A DNA stretch of 64,000 nt from an uncultured Lachnospiraceae bacterium (GTDB taxonomy: Bacteria > Bacillota > Clostridia > Lachnospirales > Lachnospiraceae). How positions within the stretch are numbered: position 1 is the first letter of the stretch; every line of letters begins with the position of its first letter. Of this stretch, positions 9,603 to 19,126 are shown one piece after another. The position numbers and the translations under genes are program-made. Below the pieces are notes generated by a model. The model had not been told where the DNA came from. It saw nothing but the letters and a program-made list of their open reading frames with translations, and made no database searches. The DNA lies in contig CANQDA010000002.1 of assembly GCA_947591155.1 (NCBI GenBank), positions 102,052-166,051 on the forward strand, read 5' to 3'.

Positions 9603-9920
9603 ATGCCAGCATTAGTTTGTTCCGCACAGAACTGTATTTTCAACAACGCGATGTACTGCGGCAAGGGCGACATCAAGATCGGCGGCGAGGACGCGAAGGT
9701 CTGCCAGGATACCTGCTGCGCGAGTTTCGAGGAGCGCCAGAGAGACAGCGCGAAAAGCTCGGTCGGCAGCCCGTCTACGATCATCGACATCAAATGTGAG
9801 GCAGAGAACTGCAAGTACAACGACGACTGCATCTGCAGGGCGAATCATGTGGACATCGCGGGCGCGGCGGCCTGCGAATGCCGCGAGACCGAGTGCGTGA
9901 CCTTTGACGAAGCGAATTAA
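9603..9920 (+). CDS. DUF1540 domain protein (two Cys-rich repeats)
   Basis: Two copies of the C..NC.Y......C.A..I.I........C.TF pattern (VCSAQNCIFNNAMYCGKGDIKIGG...; IKCEAENCKYNDDCICRANHVDIAG...CVTF). GGAGG at 9591-9595 favours the ATG at 9603 over 9597. Confidence 0.75.
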   Translation: MPALVCSAQNCIFNNAMYCGKGDIKIGGEDAKVCQDTCCASFEERQRDSAKSSVGSPSTIIDIKCEAENCKYNDDCICRANHVDIAGAAACECRETECVTFDEAN

Positions 9921-9960
9921 CGTTCCACAGGAAAGGCAGCAATAAGACGGAAATAAGACA

Positions 9961-10000
9961 GAAGAGCTGACGCGGATCAGGCGTTGGCTCTTTGTTTCTT
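9961..10000 (+). terminator. Probable terminator after the DUF1540 gene
   Basis: Imperfect hairpin aagagctgacgc...gcgttggctctt followed by tgtttctt. Confidence 0.5.
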
Positions 10001-10038
10001 ACCGTTCGGACAGTTTCGGACAGTTTTTGAAAAATTGT

Positions 10039-10067
10039 TTGACAATCCAGAAAATATATGTTATGCT
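10039..10067 (+). promoter_or_regulatory. Sigma-A-type promoter of the infC-rpmI-rplT operon
   Basis: TTGACA (10039-10044), 17-nt spacer, TATGCT (10062-10067). Confidence 0.6.
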
Positions 10068-10250
10068 TACCGAGGTTGAAAACAGGAAAGCAGAGTATCC
10101 ACTCTCACCCCGGCGCATGAGGCGACCGGCGGTTCATATCGGTTTCAGACGCAGATTCTTCGGAAGATGTCGTTTTGTGATGGCGAAGAGTGGATCAGTT
10201 TGTTATCCACTCTTCTTTATTTTCTATTATTGAGACGGAGGTGCAGTACC
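10068..10250 (+). promoter_or_regulatory. L20-leader-type transcription attenuator upstream of infC
   Basis: Perfect 10-bp terminator stem AAGAGTGGAT (10186-10195) / ATCCACTCTT (10205-10214) followed by a T-rich run. An upstream copy ATCCACTCT (10097-10105) can pair with the 5' arm as an antiterminator. The position matches the Firmicute L20 leader. Confidence 0.65.
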
Positions 10251-10760
10251 ATTAGCGAATTAATGATCAACGAACAAATCAGGGACCGTGAAGTACGTCT
10301 GATCGGCGAGAACGGCGAACAGCTGGGAATCATGTCGGCGAAGGACGCGATGAAGCTTGCGAGGGAGGCGGAGCTCGATCTGGTGAAGGTCGCGCCGATG
10401 GCAAAGCCGCCGGTGTGCAAGATCATCGATTACGGGAAATATCGTTACGAGATGGCCCGCAAGGAAAAAGAGGCCAGGAAGAAGCAGAAAACGATTGAGA
10501 TCAAAGAAGTCCGTTTGTCTCCCAACATTGATGTGAATGATTTGAACACGAAGATTAATAACGCTAAGAAATTCATCTCAAAGGGTAACAAAGTCAAGAT
10601 CACGCTGCGTTTCCGTGGAAGAGAGATGTCGCATATGCAGGATCACAGGCATATTCTCGAGGATTTTGCGAATGAGCTTGCCGATATCGCGGTCATCGAC
10701 AAACCGATCAAGCAGGAGGGCAGAAGCCTTACCCTGTTCTTGGCGGAGAAGAAGCAATAA
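10251..10760 (+). CDS. infC: Translation initiation factor IF-3
   Basis: ...[42 protein letters not shown]... GGAGGTG at 10237-10243 is 7 nt upstream of an in-frame ATT (10251). The nearest ATG (10263) is about 20 nt from the RBS. Confidence 0.93.
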   Translation: MSELMINEQIRDREVRLIGENGEQLGIMSAKDAMKLAREAELDLVKVAPMAKPPVCKIIDYGKYRYEMARKEKEARKKQKTIEIKEVRLSPNIDVNDLNTKINNAKKFISKGNKVKITLRFRGREMSHMQDHRHILEDFANELADIAVIDKPIKQEGRSLTLFLAEKKQ

Positions 10761-10804
10761 GCAATAGGGTAATCAGATTTACAAATACAAGGAGGAATGA
10801 CAAA

Positions 10805-11002
10805 ATGCCGAAAATGAAGACAAGCAGAGCGGCTGCGAAACGTTTTAAGAAGACAGGAACAGGTTTATTGAAGAGAAACAAAGCTTACAAGAGCCATATC
10901 TTAACCAAGAAGTCCACCAAGAGAAAGAGAAATCTGAGACATGCGACGATCACGGATCCGACGAACGCTCAGAACATGAAGAAGATCTTACCGTATTTAT
11001 AA
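10805..11002 (+). CDS. rpmI: 50S ribosomal protein L35
   Basis: [20 protein letters not shown]...; 65 aa and basic, between infC and rplT. Confidence 0.97.
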   Translation: MPKMKTSRAAAKRFKKTGTGLLKRNKAYKSHILTKKSTKRKRNLRHATITDPTNAQNMKKILPYL

Positions 11003-11027
11003 GAAGAGGCGAAGGAGGAAATAAGAC

Positions 11028-11384
11028 ATGGCAAGAATTAAAGGCGGTTTGAACGCTAAGAAAAAGCATAATCGGGTATTAAAGCTGGCGAAGGGTTACA
11101 GAGGAGCCAGATCGAAACAGTACAGGATCGCGAAGCAGTCCGTGATGCGTGCCCTGACGAGCGCGTATGCGGGACGTAAGCAGAGGAAGCGTCAGTTCAG
11201 ACAGCTCTGGATCGCGCGTATCAACGCGGGTGCGCGTCTGAACGGGCTTTCCTACAGCCGTTTCATGTATGGACTGAAGCTCGCGGGCGTCGAGCTGAAC
11301 AGAAAGGTGCTGGCCGACATGGCAGTGAACGACGCGGAGGGTTTTGCGACGCTCGTTGAGCTTGCGAAGAGCAAGGTGGCATAA
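11028..11384 (+). CDS. rplT: 50S ribosomal protein L20
   Basis: [43 protein letters not shown]...; 118 aa. Confidence 0.98.
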   Translation: MARIKGGLNAKKKHNRVLKLAKGYRGARSKQYRIAKQSVMRALTSAYAGRKQRKRQFRQLWIARINAGARLNGLSYSRFMYGLKLAGVELNRKVLADMAVNDAEGFATLVELAKSKVA

Positions 11385-11407
11385 AAGAATAACAGGAAAA
11401 TACAGAG

Positions 11408-11449
11408 GAGTCCGACACAGGCAAGTGCTATCAGGTCGGGCTCTTTTTT
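11408..11449 (+). terminator. Rho-independent terminator after rplT
   Basis: GAGTCCGAC...GTCGGGCTC stem followed by a T6 run. Confidence 0.8.
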
Positions 11450-11615
11450 GTGCCCTCCGATACGCGGAGAAAGGTATACTTCTGCACAGTTTCTCATATA
11501 TATGTAATAGCGCCCTGACAAAAGGATAACATAGATGCACAGGGAGAGAACCATACGGACTGCTTCTATAGAAAACGGAGCAGGAGAAGAGCATATAAAG
11601 CGCAGGAGGCGGCTC

Positions 11616-13022
11616 ATGAGGAGGACAAGCGGGTTTCAGAAGCTTCTTTACCTGATCATACTGGCGTTGGGTATCTATATTTTGTATAAAGCGGGCCGTA
11701 TCCTTCTGGAGAGCGGGGCGGCGCGGCAGGCGCTGGATGCGGGAGAGGTGCAGAGGAATCTGGAGGATGCGGCGATGCGCACCTACGCGCCGGGGTACAC
11801 TGCGACGGTGGAAGGGCGTGATATGCCGAACTGGATCGCGAAGTGGATGCGGCAGGTCGTGCCGGTCTACAGCTATCTTGCGGAGGGGTCAGAGGGAGAG
11901 AGCGGGGCGGAAGGACAGACGGGAGAACAGCCAGGGGAGACGGAGAAGACTGATCAGGGGGTGGAGATGATCTCACAGGCGAAAGGAGATTCAGGGGAAA
12001 CGACACATGGAGAGGAAACCGCAAAAGAGGAGACGAAGAAAGCGGGACAAGCAGCGGAATCTCAGAAAAAGGGGAAGCAGAAGACTGGGGAATCGGAGTA
12101 TTCGGAAGACAGACAGGAAACAGTACAGAAAAAGGAAGAGGAAGAGACAACAACAGAGACCGGGGCTTTGACGGCCGTTTCCCAGACAGTCGTGCCGGAA
12201 CAGCTGCTCGCGCAGCTGGAGGATTTCGACTATCTGCTGACACATTATTATACAGTGGATGAAGGGACAATGGCGGATGCGCAGCTTTTGGACGCGGACG
12301 CCTTATTGCGGAAGGATCTGAGGATGGCGCAGGATCCGTCCGAGCCGCAGATCCTGATCTATCACACCCATTCGCAGGAAGCGTTCGCGGATTCACGGGA
12401 GGGCGAGACCGGCGATACGATCATCGGAATGGGAGAGAAGCTTGCGGAGGAACTGCGCGATACCTACGGCTATAACGTGATTCACGATACGGGAATCTAT
12501 GATCTGGTGGACGGCGTGTTGGACCGGAGCGCAGCGTACGACTATGCGCGCGAGGCGGTAGAGCAGATCCTGGCGAAATACCCGACGATCGAGGTCATCA
12601 TCGATCTGCATCGCGATGGAGTGGAAGGAGAGAAGTTTGTGACGGAGATCGACGGTCAGCCGGTCTCCCGCATTATGTTTTTCAACGGCATTTCGCGTGA
12701 CAGCGCGGATCAGCCTCTTTCCTGGCTGGAAAATCCCTACACACAGGACAACCTTGCGTTCTCCCTGCAATTACAGCTTGCGGCCGAAGAACTGTACCCC
12801 GGATTCACACGGAATATCTACCTGAAAGCGGAACGCTTCAACCTGCATCTGCGGCCGCGCTCCCTGCTGGTGGAAGCCGGGACGCAGTTGAACACGGTGG
12901 AGGAGGAGAGAAACGCCATGGCTCCGCTGGCGGATCTTCTGCACCGGGTATTGAGCGGAGCCAATATGGCTGCAAATACCGATACAGACATAAATGCGGC
13001 GGCAGATACAGGTTCCGATTAA
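11616..13022 (+). CDS. spoIIP: Stage II sporulation protein P (SpoIIP amidase/peptidase)
   Basis: N-terminal TM. Conserved ILIYHTHSQEAF, DLHRDG and the C-terminal SLLVEAGT block. AGGAGG lies 7 nt before the ATG at 11616. Contains a long acidic low-complexity insert. Confidence 0.85.
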   Translation: MRRTSGFQKLLYLIILALGIYILYKAGRILLESGAARQALDAGEVQRNLEDAAMRTYAPGYTATVEGRDMPNWIAKWMRQVVPVYSYLAEGSEGESGAEGQTGEQPGETEKTDQGVEMISQAKGDSGETTHGEETAKEETKKAGQAAESQKKGKQKTGESEYSEDRQETVQKKEEEETTTETGALTAVSQTVVPEQLLAQLEDFDYLLTHYYTVDEGTMADAQLLDADALLRKDLRMAQDPSEPQILIYHTHSQEAFADSREGETGDTIIGMGEKLAEELRDTYGYNVIHDTGIYDLVDGVLDRSAAYDYAREAVEQILAKYPTIEVIIDLHRDGVEGEKFVTEIDGQPVSRIMFFNGISRDSADQPLSWLENPYTQDNLAFSLQLQLAAEELYPGFTRNIYLKAERFNLHLRPRSLLVEAGTQLNTVEEERNAMAPLADLLHRVLSGANMAANTDTDINAAADTGSD

Positions 13023-13047
13023 GACAGTCGGGTTGCCGAACAAAATA

Positions 13048-13084
13048 CTCCCGGACAATTTCGTTTTAAAGAAATGTCCGGGAG
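13048..13084. terminator. Bidirectional terminator between convergent spoIIP and ATP-grasp genes
   Basis: CTCCCGGACA (13048-13057) / TGTCCGGGAG (13075-13084), a perfect 10-bp stem around an AT-rich loop. Confidence 0.7.
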
Positions 13085-13091
13085 CAGAATT

Positions 13092-14336
13092 CTATTCCCC
13101 AATTCTGTTTTCATACAGCACTTCACGCCCGTTCGCGTCCGTGATGCTCATGCGCGCGAAGAATTCCTCCGTCAGCGCGTCGATCTCCGCGCGTGTGCCG
13201 CCTGTAATATAATAACGGGCGACGTAAGGGTTCGGCCCGTGTTGGATGATCTCCTCGCCGGAGCGGTAGAACAGCCAGGTCTCCGCAACGCCGGGCAGCC
13301 GGGACAGCTCTTCGGCGGTCTCCTGGTGCACGACATGCATGCCGGGTCTGCCGTGAAAGTAGAGGACGGCGCTTGTCTTTGGAAAACGGGGCGAGTAGTC
13401 CGCGAACAGCCGTTCCACAGCCGCCTCGTCGTAGACATAGTCGAGCAGCAGATGTTCGAAGTTCAGCCCTCCGGCGTACTCCACGAGCTCGTGTTCATAG
13501 CCGAAAAAGCGCCCGGCCACTTCACAGACGGACACGCCGGTCTCCGGTTTCCAGAAAAACTGCATGGACAGCGGGCCTTCTCTTTGCCCGAGGTGATCGG
13601 CGACGCGCTGCAGAACATTTTTTGCCTCATCGATCACGAGTTCAAGCCGTTTGGAAGGGTAGACGTTGCGCGAGCTGATCGGGATCTGATGGTCGCCGAT
13701 CGGTGTCTTCTCGCGGTCGGCAATGCTGATGACCTGCACTTTGCCGTGCAGCACCCAGCTCATCATATTGAACTCAAAGCCGTCGTGGTATTCCTCCACC
13801 AGGATCTTTTTGATATCGGAAGTGGCGCAGGTGTGGTCGAAATGACCGCGGATCTCTTCGACAGAGTCCAACACCTCGACGCCGCGCGAACCATACTTGT
13901 CCACTGGTTTTACGACGACCGGAAAACGCAGGCCGGAGAGCTCCTCATCGAAGAAATCTTTCGTGACGTAGCGGTACGCCGGAGTATGTATGCCGAGCTC
14001 CGTCAGCATGTCCTTCATGAGAACCTTATCCCGGTAGTACGGGAGCTGCTTTGTATTGAAGTAACATTTCAGTTCGGCCTTTTCGGCGATCTTCACCATA
14101 CACTCGAACAGATAATCCGAAAAGGAGGTGATGATCCCGTCCGCCTGTTCCTCGCGGCACATGGCCGCGATGGCGTCCGTGTCGCCGACGTCGATGTCGT
14201 ACACCTTGTCCGCAAAGGATTTCCCGACGCTGCCGGGATAGCCGTCGCAGACGATCGTGTAGTAACCGCGTTTTTTCGCGAGCTTGATCAGTTGTACAAA
14301 TTCCCCGAGCGATCCCAGGACCACAAGTTTGTGCAT
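13092..14336 (-). CDS. ATP-grasp domain protein (carboxylate-amine ligase type)
   Basis: MHKLVVLGSLGEFVQLIKLAKKRGYYTIVCD..., FPVVVKPVDKYGSRGVEVL, ILVEEYHDGFEFN: the pre-ATP-grasp plus ATP-grasp pattern. Start moved to the Met preceded by an RBS; the ORF-track extension overlaps the upstream gene. Confidence 0.75.
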   Translation of the reverse strand: MHKLVVLGSLGEFVQLIKLAKKRGYYTIVCDGYPGSVGKSFADKVYDIDVGDTDAIAAMCREEQADGIITSFSDYLFECMVKIAEKAELKCYFNTKQLPYYRDKVLMKDMLTELGIHTPAYRYVTKDFFDEELSGLRFPVVVKPVDKYGSRGVEVLDSVEEIRGHFDHTCATSDIKKILVEEYHDGFEFNMMSWVLHGKVQVISIADREKTPIGDHQIPISSRNVYPSKRLELVIDEAKNVLQRVADHLGQREGPLSMQFFWKPETGVSVCEVAGRFFGYEHELVEYAGGLNFEHLLLDYVYDEAAVERLFADYSPRFPKTSAVLYFHGRPGMHVVHQETAEELSRLPGVAETWLFYRSGEEIIQHGPNPYVARYYITGGTRAEIDALTEEFFARMSITDANGREVLYENRIGE

Positions 14337-14380
14337 ATGTATTCTCCAGTTCTCTGATTGCTGTACTTCGTATCGGCGCT

Positions 14381-15379
14381 TCATCCGGCGGTCTGCGCAC
14401 GGGCAGACTCTAACTCTCTGAGAGATTCCCGCAGAACGCGGACGACGGTCTCCATATCCTCCGGCGTGTAGCGCTGGTCGCAAGGCAGCGGGAGGATGTT
14501 CGCCGCGTAGTCGTATTCCAGGGAATCCTCCGGCATCTGCTTCAGCACATTGTTCCAGTAGGTCGGGACATAGATCTTTTGCTTTGCCATCTGCCGGCGC
14601 AGCCGCATGCCGTCCTTATGGTAAAACGGATATACGAACGGGCCTGCCGGCATATGGATCGGCAAAGAATTGTCCGCGCCGAGCAGCGCATCGAGCGTCC
14701 GGTAATTTTCCTCTCTTGCGGCGCGCGCCCGCTCGTAATCGATGCCGTGCAGCAGGTTTTCCGTGAGCGGTGACATGCGCTTGACCATCTCGTGATCGAG
14801 CGCGTGCGCGTTGTCGAGCATGGTCTGGTAATGCGAGGAGGCGTCCGCCTCGAAACGGCCGAGAATGTGGCTTATGCGTCCGCCGGAGACATCCTGTTCC
14901 AGATGCTTTGGATCGATCGCCGGAGTCAGGCTTCCCATCGAAACGTAGGCGCCGTCGCAGAGCCCGAAGAATTTGCGCAGCGAGTAGAGCGTCGGGATCT
15001 GTCCGACCGGCGGCTGGAAAAATGCGTGTGTGTTGTCCAGGATCACCGGGCCGTATCTGCAGCGCAGCACGAGGATCCGTTCTTCGGTGAGCTGCCCGTA
15101 GAAATTGACGACGCAGGTATATTCCCCCGGCTGCGGGGCGAGATCCGGACCGGGAAGGAAGTCCCGCCCGATCGAGTAATATTTGAGCGCATAGCCTGCG
15201 CGCGTACAGCTGTCGAGAACCGCTTCGCACAGAAAATGCGGCACCCACAGCGTGTGGGCGCCCGCAGACTTCATGAGGTAGAGCAGGGCGGTCCGGCCCA
15301 GGTTCAGCTTTACCATATCTTTGTAGTACTCCGGGCCGGAGAAGCGCTCCAGCTCGAGATATCCGCCGATTTCTTTCAT
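14381..15379 (-). CDS. DegT/DnrJ/EryC1-like PLP-dependent sugar aminotransferase-fold protein
   Basis: 332 aa. SLRKFFGLCDGAYV resembles the S-x-x-x-K...GEGG Schiff-base lysine block of the DegT family. Overall layout and neighbourhood support the call, but the assignment is by eye only. Confidence 0.5.
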   Translation of the reverse strand: MKEIGGYLELERFSGPEYYKDMVKLNLGRTALLYLMKSAGAHTLWVPHFLCEAVLDSCTRAGYALKYYSIGRDFLPGPDLAPQPGEYTCVVNFYGQLTEERILVLRCRYGPVILDNTHAFFQPPVGQIPTLYSLRKFFGLCDGAYVSMGSLTPAIDPKHLEQDVSGGRISHILGRFEADASSHYQTMLDNAHALDHEMVKRMSPLTENLLHGIDYERARAAREENYRTLDALLGADNSLPIHMPAGPFVYPFYHKDGMRLRRQMAKQKIYVPTYWNNVLKQMPEDSLEYDYAANILPLPCDQRYTPEDMETVVRVLRESLRELESARAQTAG

Positions 15380-15451
15380 AAATCCTCCGAGTGTAATTGT
15401 TCAGGGCGCCTTATTCGGATGTCTCAGCGCACTGCCGCAGACAGATACAAT

Positions 15452-16381
15452 TTATAATTTCTTTTGGCGTTCTATGTAGTTCGGCATCTTCCGCGCCTCG
15501 TCGAGAATATGCATCAGGTATTCGCCGATGATGCCGATTGCGAGGAGCATGAGGCCGTTGCTTGCCAGTATGATCAAAATTGTGGAGGTCCAGCCTTCCA
15601 CGGACATGCCGTACAGGAAATAGCGCACCAGAAAATAGATCGCAAGGAACACGCTGGCAAGGAAGCTTAAGATTCCAATGTTGCGCACCAGGACGAGCGG
15701 GAACGCGGAATTGCTCGTGATGTCGTAGAACAGATCTTTCACCAGACGCGTAAACGTGTAACCACTGTGTCCATACTTGCGGGCGTCGTGGTGCACCGGC
15801 ACGTTGATGATCCGGTTTGAGGTCTGCACCAGCAGGTTTCCGATCTGGGGCTTGCGCACGTTCATCCGCACGATCGCGTCCACGATGAAACGGCGTATCA
15901 GTCGGAAACTGGTGATTTCCAGATCGCGCGGTTTTCCGAGCATTTTGGAGGTCGCGTAGACCGATACCCAGGTGCCGATCCTGCGGACAAGACTGTGCTT
16001 GCGGTCCTCGTATCTGGCGATGATGACGTCCACGTCGTCGCGCTCATGTATCACCTTCGCGAGCTTCGGAATCTCTTCGGGCGGATGCTGCAGGTCGTCG
16101 TCCATCGTGATGATGAAGTCGCCGTTCACATAGTGGAAACCGCAGAGAAGCGCGGGATGTTGACCGAAATTTCTCGCCTGTTGGATGATCTTCACCCGAG
16201 GATCACGCTCGTGCAGCCTTTCCATGACATCCCAGGAGTGATCTTTGGAACCGTCGTCCACCAGGATCAGCTCAAATTCCTCGTGCATGGTCTCCTCGAA
16301 GACTGCGCGGAGTCGTTCGTACAATTCCTCCAATGTGGGCTCCGAATTGTAGACCGGAACCACCACAGAATATAAGCTCAT
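15452..16381 (-). CDS. GT2 polyprenyl-phosphate glycosyltransferase (ArnC/GtrB/DPM1-like)
   Basis: VVVPVYNSEPTLEEL, LILVDDGSKD, TMDDDLQHPPEEIPKL, plus two C-terminal TM helices: the classic ArnC/GtrB architecture. Confidence 0.88.
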   Translation of the reverse strand: MSLYSVVVPVYNSEPTLEELYERLRAVFEETMHEEFELILVDDGSKDHSWDVMERLHERDPRVKIIQQARNFGQHPALLCGFHYVNGDFIITMDDDLQHPPEEIPKLAKVIHERDDVDVIIARYEDRKHSLVRRIGTWVSVYATSKMLGKPRDLEITSFRLIRRFIVDAIVRMNVRKPQIGNLLVQTSNRIINVPVHHDARKYGHSGYTFTRLVKDLFYDITSNSAFPLVLVRNIGILSFLASVFLAIYFLVRYFLYGMSVEGWTSTILIILASNGLMLLAIGIIGEYLMHILDEARKMPNYIERQKKL

Positions 16382-16465
16382 TGGTTTCCTCCTGTGTAAT
16401 AATCTCTAATTTTCATAGTATAGCACATCTTGCGTGGTTTGTAAAAGAATGTTATAATCGTTTCC

Positions 16466-16816
16466 ATGGAAAAAATGAAAAATTATCTGCTCCTGCATTT
16501 GAATATTCTGCTGTTCTCGTTTACAGGCGTGTTTTCCAAGGCGGCTTCCGTGCAGTTCAACCAACACGGGCTCAAGGGAATCCTCTTGTATGTTTTTGTG
16601 GCGCTGATGTTCCTGAACTGCCTGATCTACGCGCTGATCTGGCAGAAGGTGATCAAGCGTTTTCAGCTCAACGTCGCGTACGCGAACAAGACCGTCTACC
16701 TGATCTGGTCGCAGATCTGGGCGGTCGTCATCTTTCACGAAAACCTCTCCGTGCGCAACATCATAGGACTTTTTGTGGTGTTTGTGGGAGTTATGGTGGT
16801 GCAGCATTATGATTGA
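16466..16816 (+). CDS. Small EamA/SMR-like 4-TM membrane protein (ArnE-like flippase subunit)
   Basis: 116 aa, four hydrophobic helices. Divergent from the ArnC-like GT2 and translationally coupled to a second similar gene. Confidence 0.6.
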   Translation: MEKMKNYLLLHLNILLFSFTGVFSKAASVQFNQHGLKGILLYVFVALMFLNCLIYALIWQKVIKRFQLNVAYANKTVYLIWSQIWAVVIFHENLSVRNIIGLFVVFVGVMVVQHYD

Positions 16817-17147
16817 ATTGTATTTTGGCCTGATGTTTGCCGGGACCTTCTTCACGGCAGTCTCGCAGGTACTGTTGAAGCAGAGCGCGAATAAGCAGTG
16901 GGAGAACCCGATCCGGGAATACCTGAACTGGCGGGTGCTGTTGTCGTACTTTATTTTCTTCTGCGTGCTGCTGGTGAACACGTACGCGTTCACGAAGGTG
17001 GAAATGAAGTACGGCACGGTGATCGACGCGTTCAGCTATGTGTTCGTGATGATCCTGTCCTATGTGATCCTGAAGGAGAAGTTCACGAAAGGGCGGGTCA
17101 TAGGAAATCTGATCATCATCGCGGGAATTTTGATATATACGTCTTAA
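16809..17147 (+). CDS. Small EamA/SMR-like membrane protein (ArnF-like flippase subunit)
   Basis: 112 aa; MIELYFGLMFAGTFFTAVSQVLLKQSA... Its ATG overlaps the upstream stop (ATGATTGA). Confidence 0.6.
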   Translation: MIELYFGLMFAGTFFTAVSQVLLKQSANKQWENPIREYLNWRVLLSYFIFFCVLLVNTYAFTKVEMKYGTVIDAFSYVFVMILSYVILKEKFTKGRVIGNLIIIAGILIYTS

Positions 17148-17281
17148 ATAGCGAAGCTATTTGCCCATCCCGCAGGGATCTGAGTTACGGGGCGCTGTGC
17201 GCCGGTGGCGCACGTTAAGCGCCGACCGAAACGAAGTGAAGACGCCCTGTGGGTACACATCTTAAACTAGGAGGAATACAG

Positions 17282-19093
17282 GTGGCTGTCAGTCAGGATA
17301 AGATCAGGAATTTTTGCATCATCGCGCATATCGATCACGGCAAGTCGACGCTGGCGGACCGTTTGATCGAGATGACGGGGCTTTTGACGAGCCGCGAAAT
17401 GCAGAACCAGGTGCTCGACAACATGGATCTGGAGCGTGAGCGCGGCATCACGATCAAGTCGCAGGCGGTGCGGCTGATCTACAAGGCGGACGACGGGGAG
17501 GAGTATATCTTCAACCTGATCGACACGCCGGGGCATGTGGATTTCAACTATGAGGTGTCCAGAAGTCTGGCGGCCTGCGACGGGGCGGTGCTCGTCGTGG
17601 ACGCGGCGCAGGGCATCGAGGCGCAGACGCTCGCGAACGTCTATCTGGCGCTCGACCACGATCTGGACGTCATGCCTGTCATAAACAAGATCGACCTGCC
17701 GAGCGCTGACCCGGAGCGTGTGGTTCACGAGATCGAGGACGTCATCGGCATCGAGGCGGAGGACGCCCCGCGGATCTCCGCGAAGACCGGACAGAATGTT
17801 GAGGAAGTACTGAAAAAGATCGTCGAGAAGATCCCGGCGCCGCAGGGCGACCCGGACGCGCCGCTGCAGGCGCTGATCTTCGACTCGGTATACGATTCCT
17901 ACAAAGGTGTGATCATCTTCGTGCGCATTATGCACGGCACGGTCAGAAAGGGCACGCCGATCCGCATGATGGCGACGGGCGCGCAGGCAGAAGTCGTCGA
18001 GGCGGGCTATTTCGGCGCGGGGCAGTTCATCCCCTGCGAGGAGCTGAGCGCGGGCATGGTCGGCTATCTGACCGCCAGCCTCAAAAATGTGAAGGACACG
18101 CGCGTCGGCGATACGGTAACGAGCGCAGCGAATCCGTGCGCAGAGCCGCTGCCGGGCTACAAGAAGGTGAATCCGATGGTGTTCTGCGGCATGTATCCGG
18201 CGGACGGAGCGAAGTACCCGGATCTGCGGGACGCGCTGGAGAAGCTGCAGTTAAACGACGCTTCTTTGCAGTTCGAGCCGGAGACCTCCGTGGCGCTGGG
18301 CTTCGGCTTCCGCTGCGGATTTCTTGGACTGCTGCATCTGGAGATCATCCAGGAGCGGCTGGAGCGGGAGTACAATCTCGACCTCGTGACGACGGCGCCG
18401 AGCGTTATCTATAAGGTACACAAGACGAACGGAGAGGTCGTCGACCTGACGAACCCGACGAACCTGCCGGACCCGTCCGAGATCGAATACATGGAGGAGC
18501 CGGTCGTGGCGGCCGAGATCATGGTGACGACCGAGTACATCGGCCCGATCATGGAGCTTTGCCAGGAGCGGCGCGGCATGTACGAGGGGATGGAGTACAT
18601 TGAGGAGACGAGGGCGCTCCTGAAATACACGCTGCCGCTCAACGAGATCATCTACGATTTTTTCGACGCGCTGAAGTCGCGCTCGCGCGGGTACGCGTCG
18701 TTCGACTACGACATGAAGGGCTATATGCGCTCCGAGCTCGTGAAGCTTGATATTCTCGTGAACCACGAGGAGGTCGACGCGCTGTCCTTCATCGTGCACG
18801 GGGAGACGGCCTACGAGAGAGGGCGGAAGATGTGCGAGAAGCTGAAGCAGGAGATTCCGCGGCAGCTCTTCGAGATCCCGATCCAGGCGGCGATCGGCAG
18901 CAAGATCATCGCCAGAGAGACCGTCAAGGCGATGCGCAAGGACGTGCTCGCGAAGTGCTACGGCGGCGACATCACGCGAAAGAAGAAGCTGCTGGAGAAA
19001 CAGAAGGAAGGCAAGAAGCGCATGCGTCAGGTGGGCAATGTGGAAATCCCGCAGAAGGCGTTCATGAGCGTGTTGAAGCTGGACGACAAGTGA
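17282..19093 (+). CDS. lepA: Elongation factor 4 (LepA)
   Basis: [34 protein letters not shown] and the conserved LepA C-terminus ...[29 protein letters not shown] lies 7 nt upstream of the GTG at 17282. Confidence 0.97.
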   Translation: MAVSQDKIRNFCIIAHIDHGKSTLADRLIEMTGLLTSREMQNQVLDNMDLERERGITIKSQAVRLIYKADDGEEYIFNLIDTPGHVDFNYEVSRSLAACDGAVLVVDAAQGIEAQTLANVYLALDHDLDVMPVINKIDLPSADPERVVHEIEDVIGIEAEDAPRISAKTGQNVEEVLKKIVEKIPAPQGDPDAPLQALIFDSVYDSYKGVIIFVRIMHGTVRKGTPIRMMATGAQAEVVEAGYFGAGQFIPCEELSAGMVGYLTASLKNVKDTRVGDTVTSAANPCAEPLPGYKKVNPMVFCGMYPADGAKYPDLRDALEKLQLNDASLQFEPETSVALGFGFRCGFLGLLHLEIIQERLEREYNLDLVTTAPSVIYKVHKTNGEVVDLTNPTNLPDPSEIEYMEEPVVAAEIMVTTEYIGPIMELCQERRGMYEGMEYIEETRALLKYTLPLNEIIYDFFDALKSRSRGYASFDYDMKGYMRSELVKLDILVNHEEVDALSFIVHGETAYERGRKMCEKLKQEIPRQLFEIPIQAAIGSKIIARETVKAMRKDVLAKCYGGDITRKKKLLEKQKEGKKRMRQVGNVEIPQKAFMSVLKLDDK

Positions 19094-19126
19094 GAAGAAT
19101 AAGCAGAAAGATGAAAGGCTGAATCA

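Noticed and set aside
10167-10250. ORF-track N-terminal extension of infC (MSFCDGEEWISLLSTLLYFLLLRRRCST...).
   Set aside because: The extension would be translated through the terminator hairpin and T-run of the leader and has no RBS. The GGAGGTG at 10237 points to the ATT at 10251.
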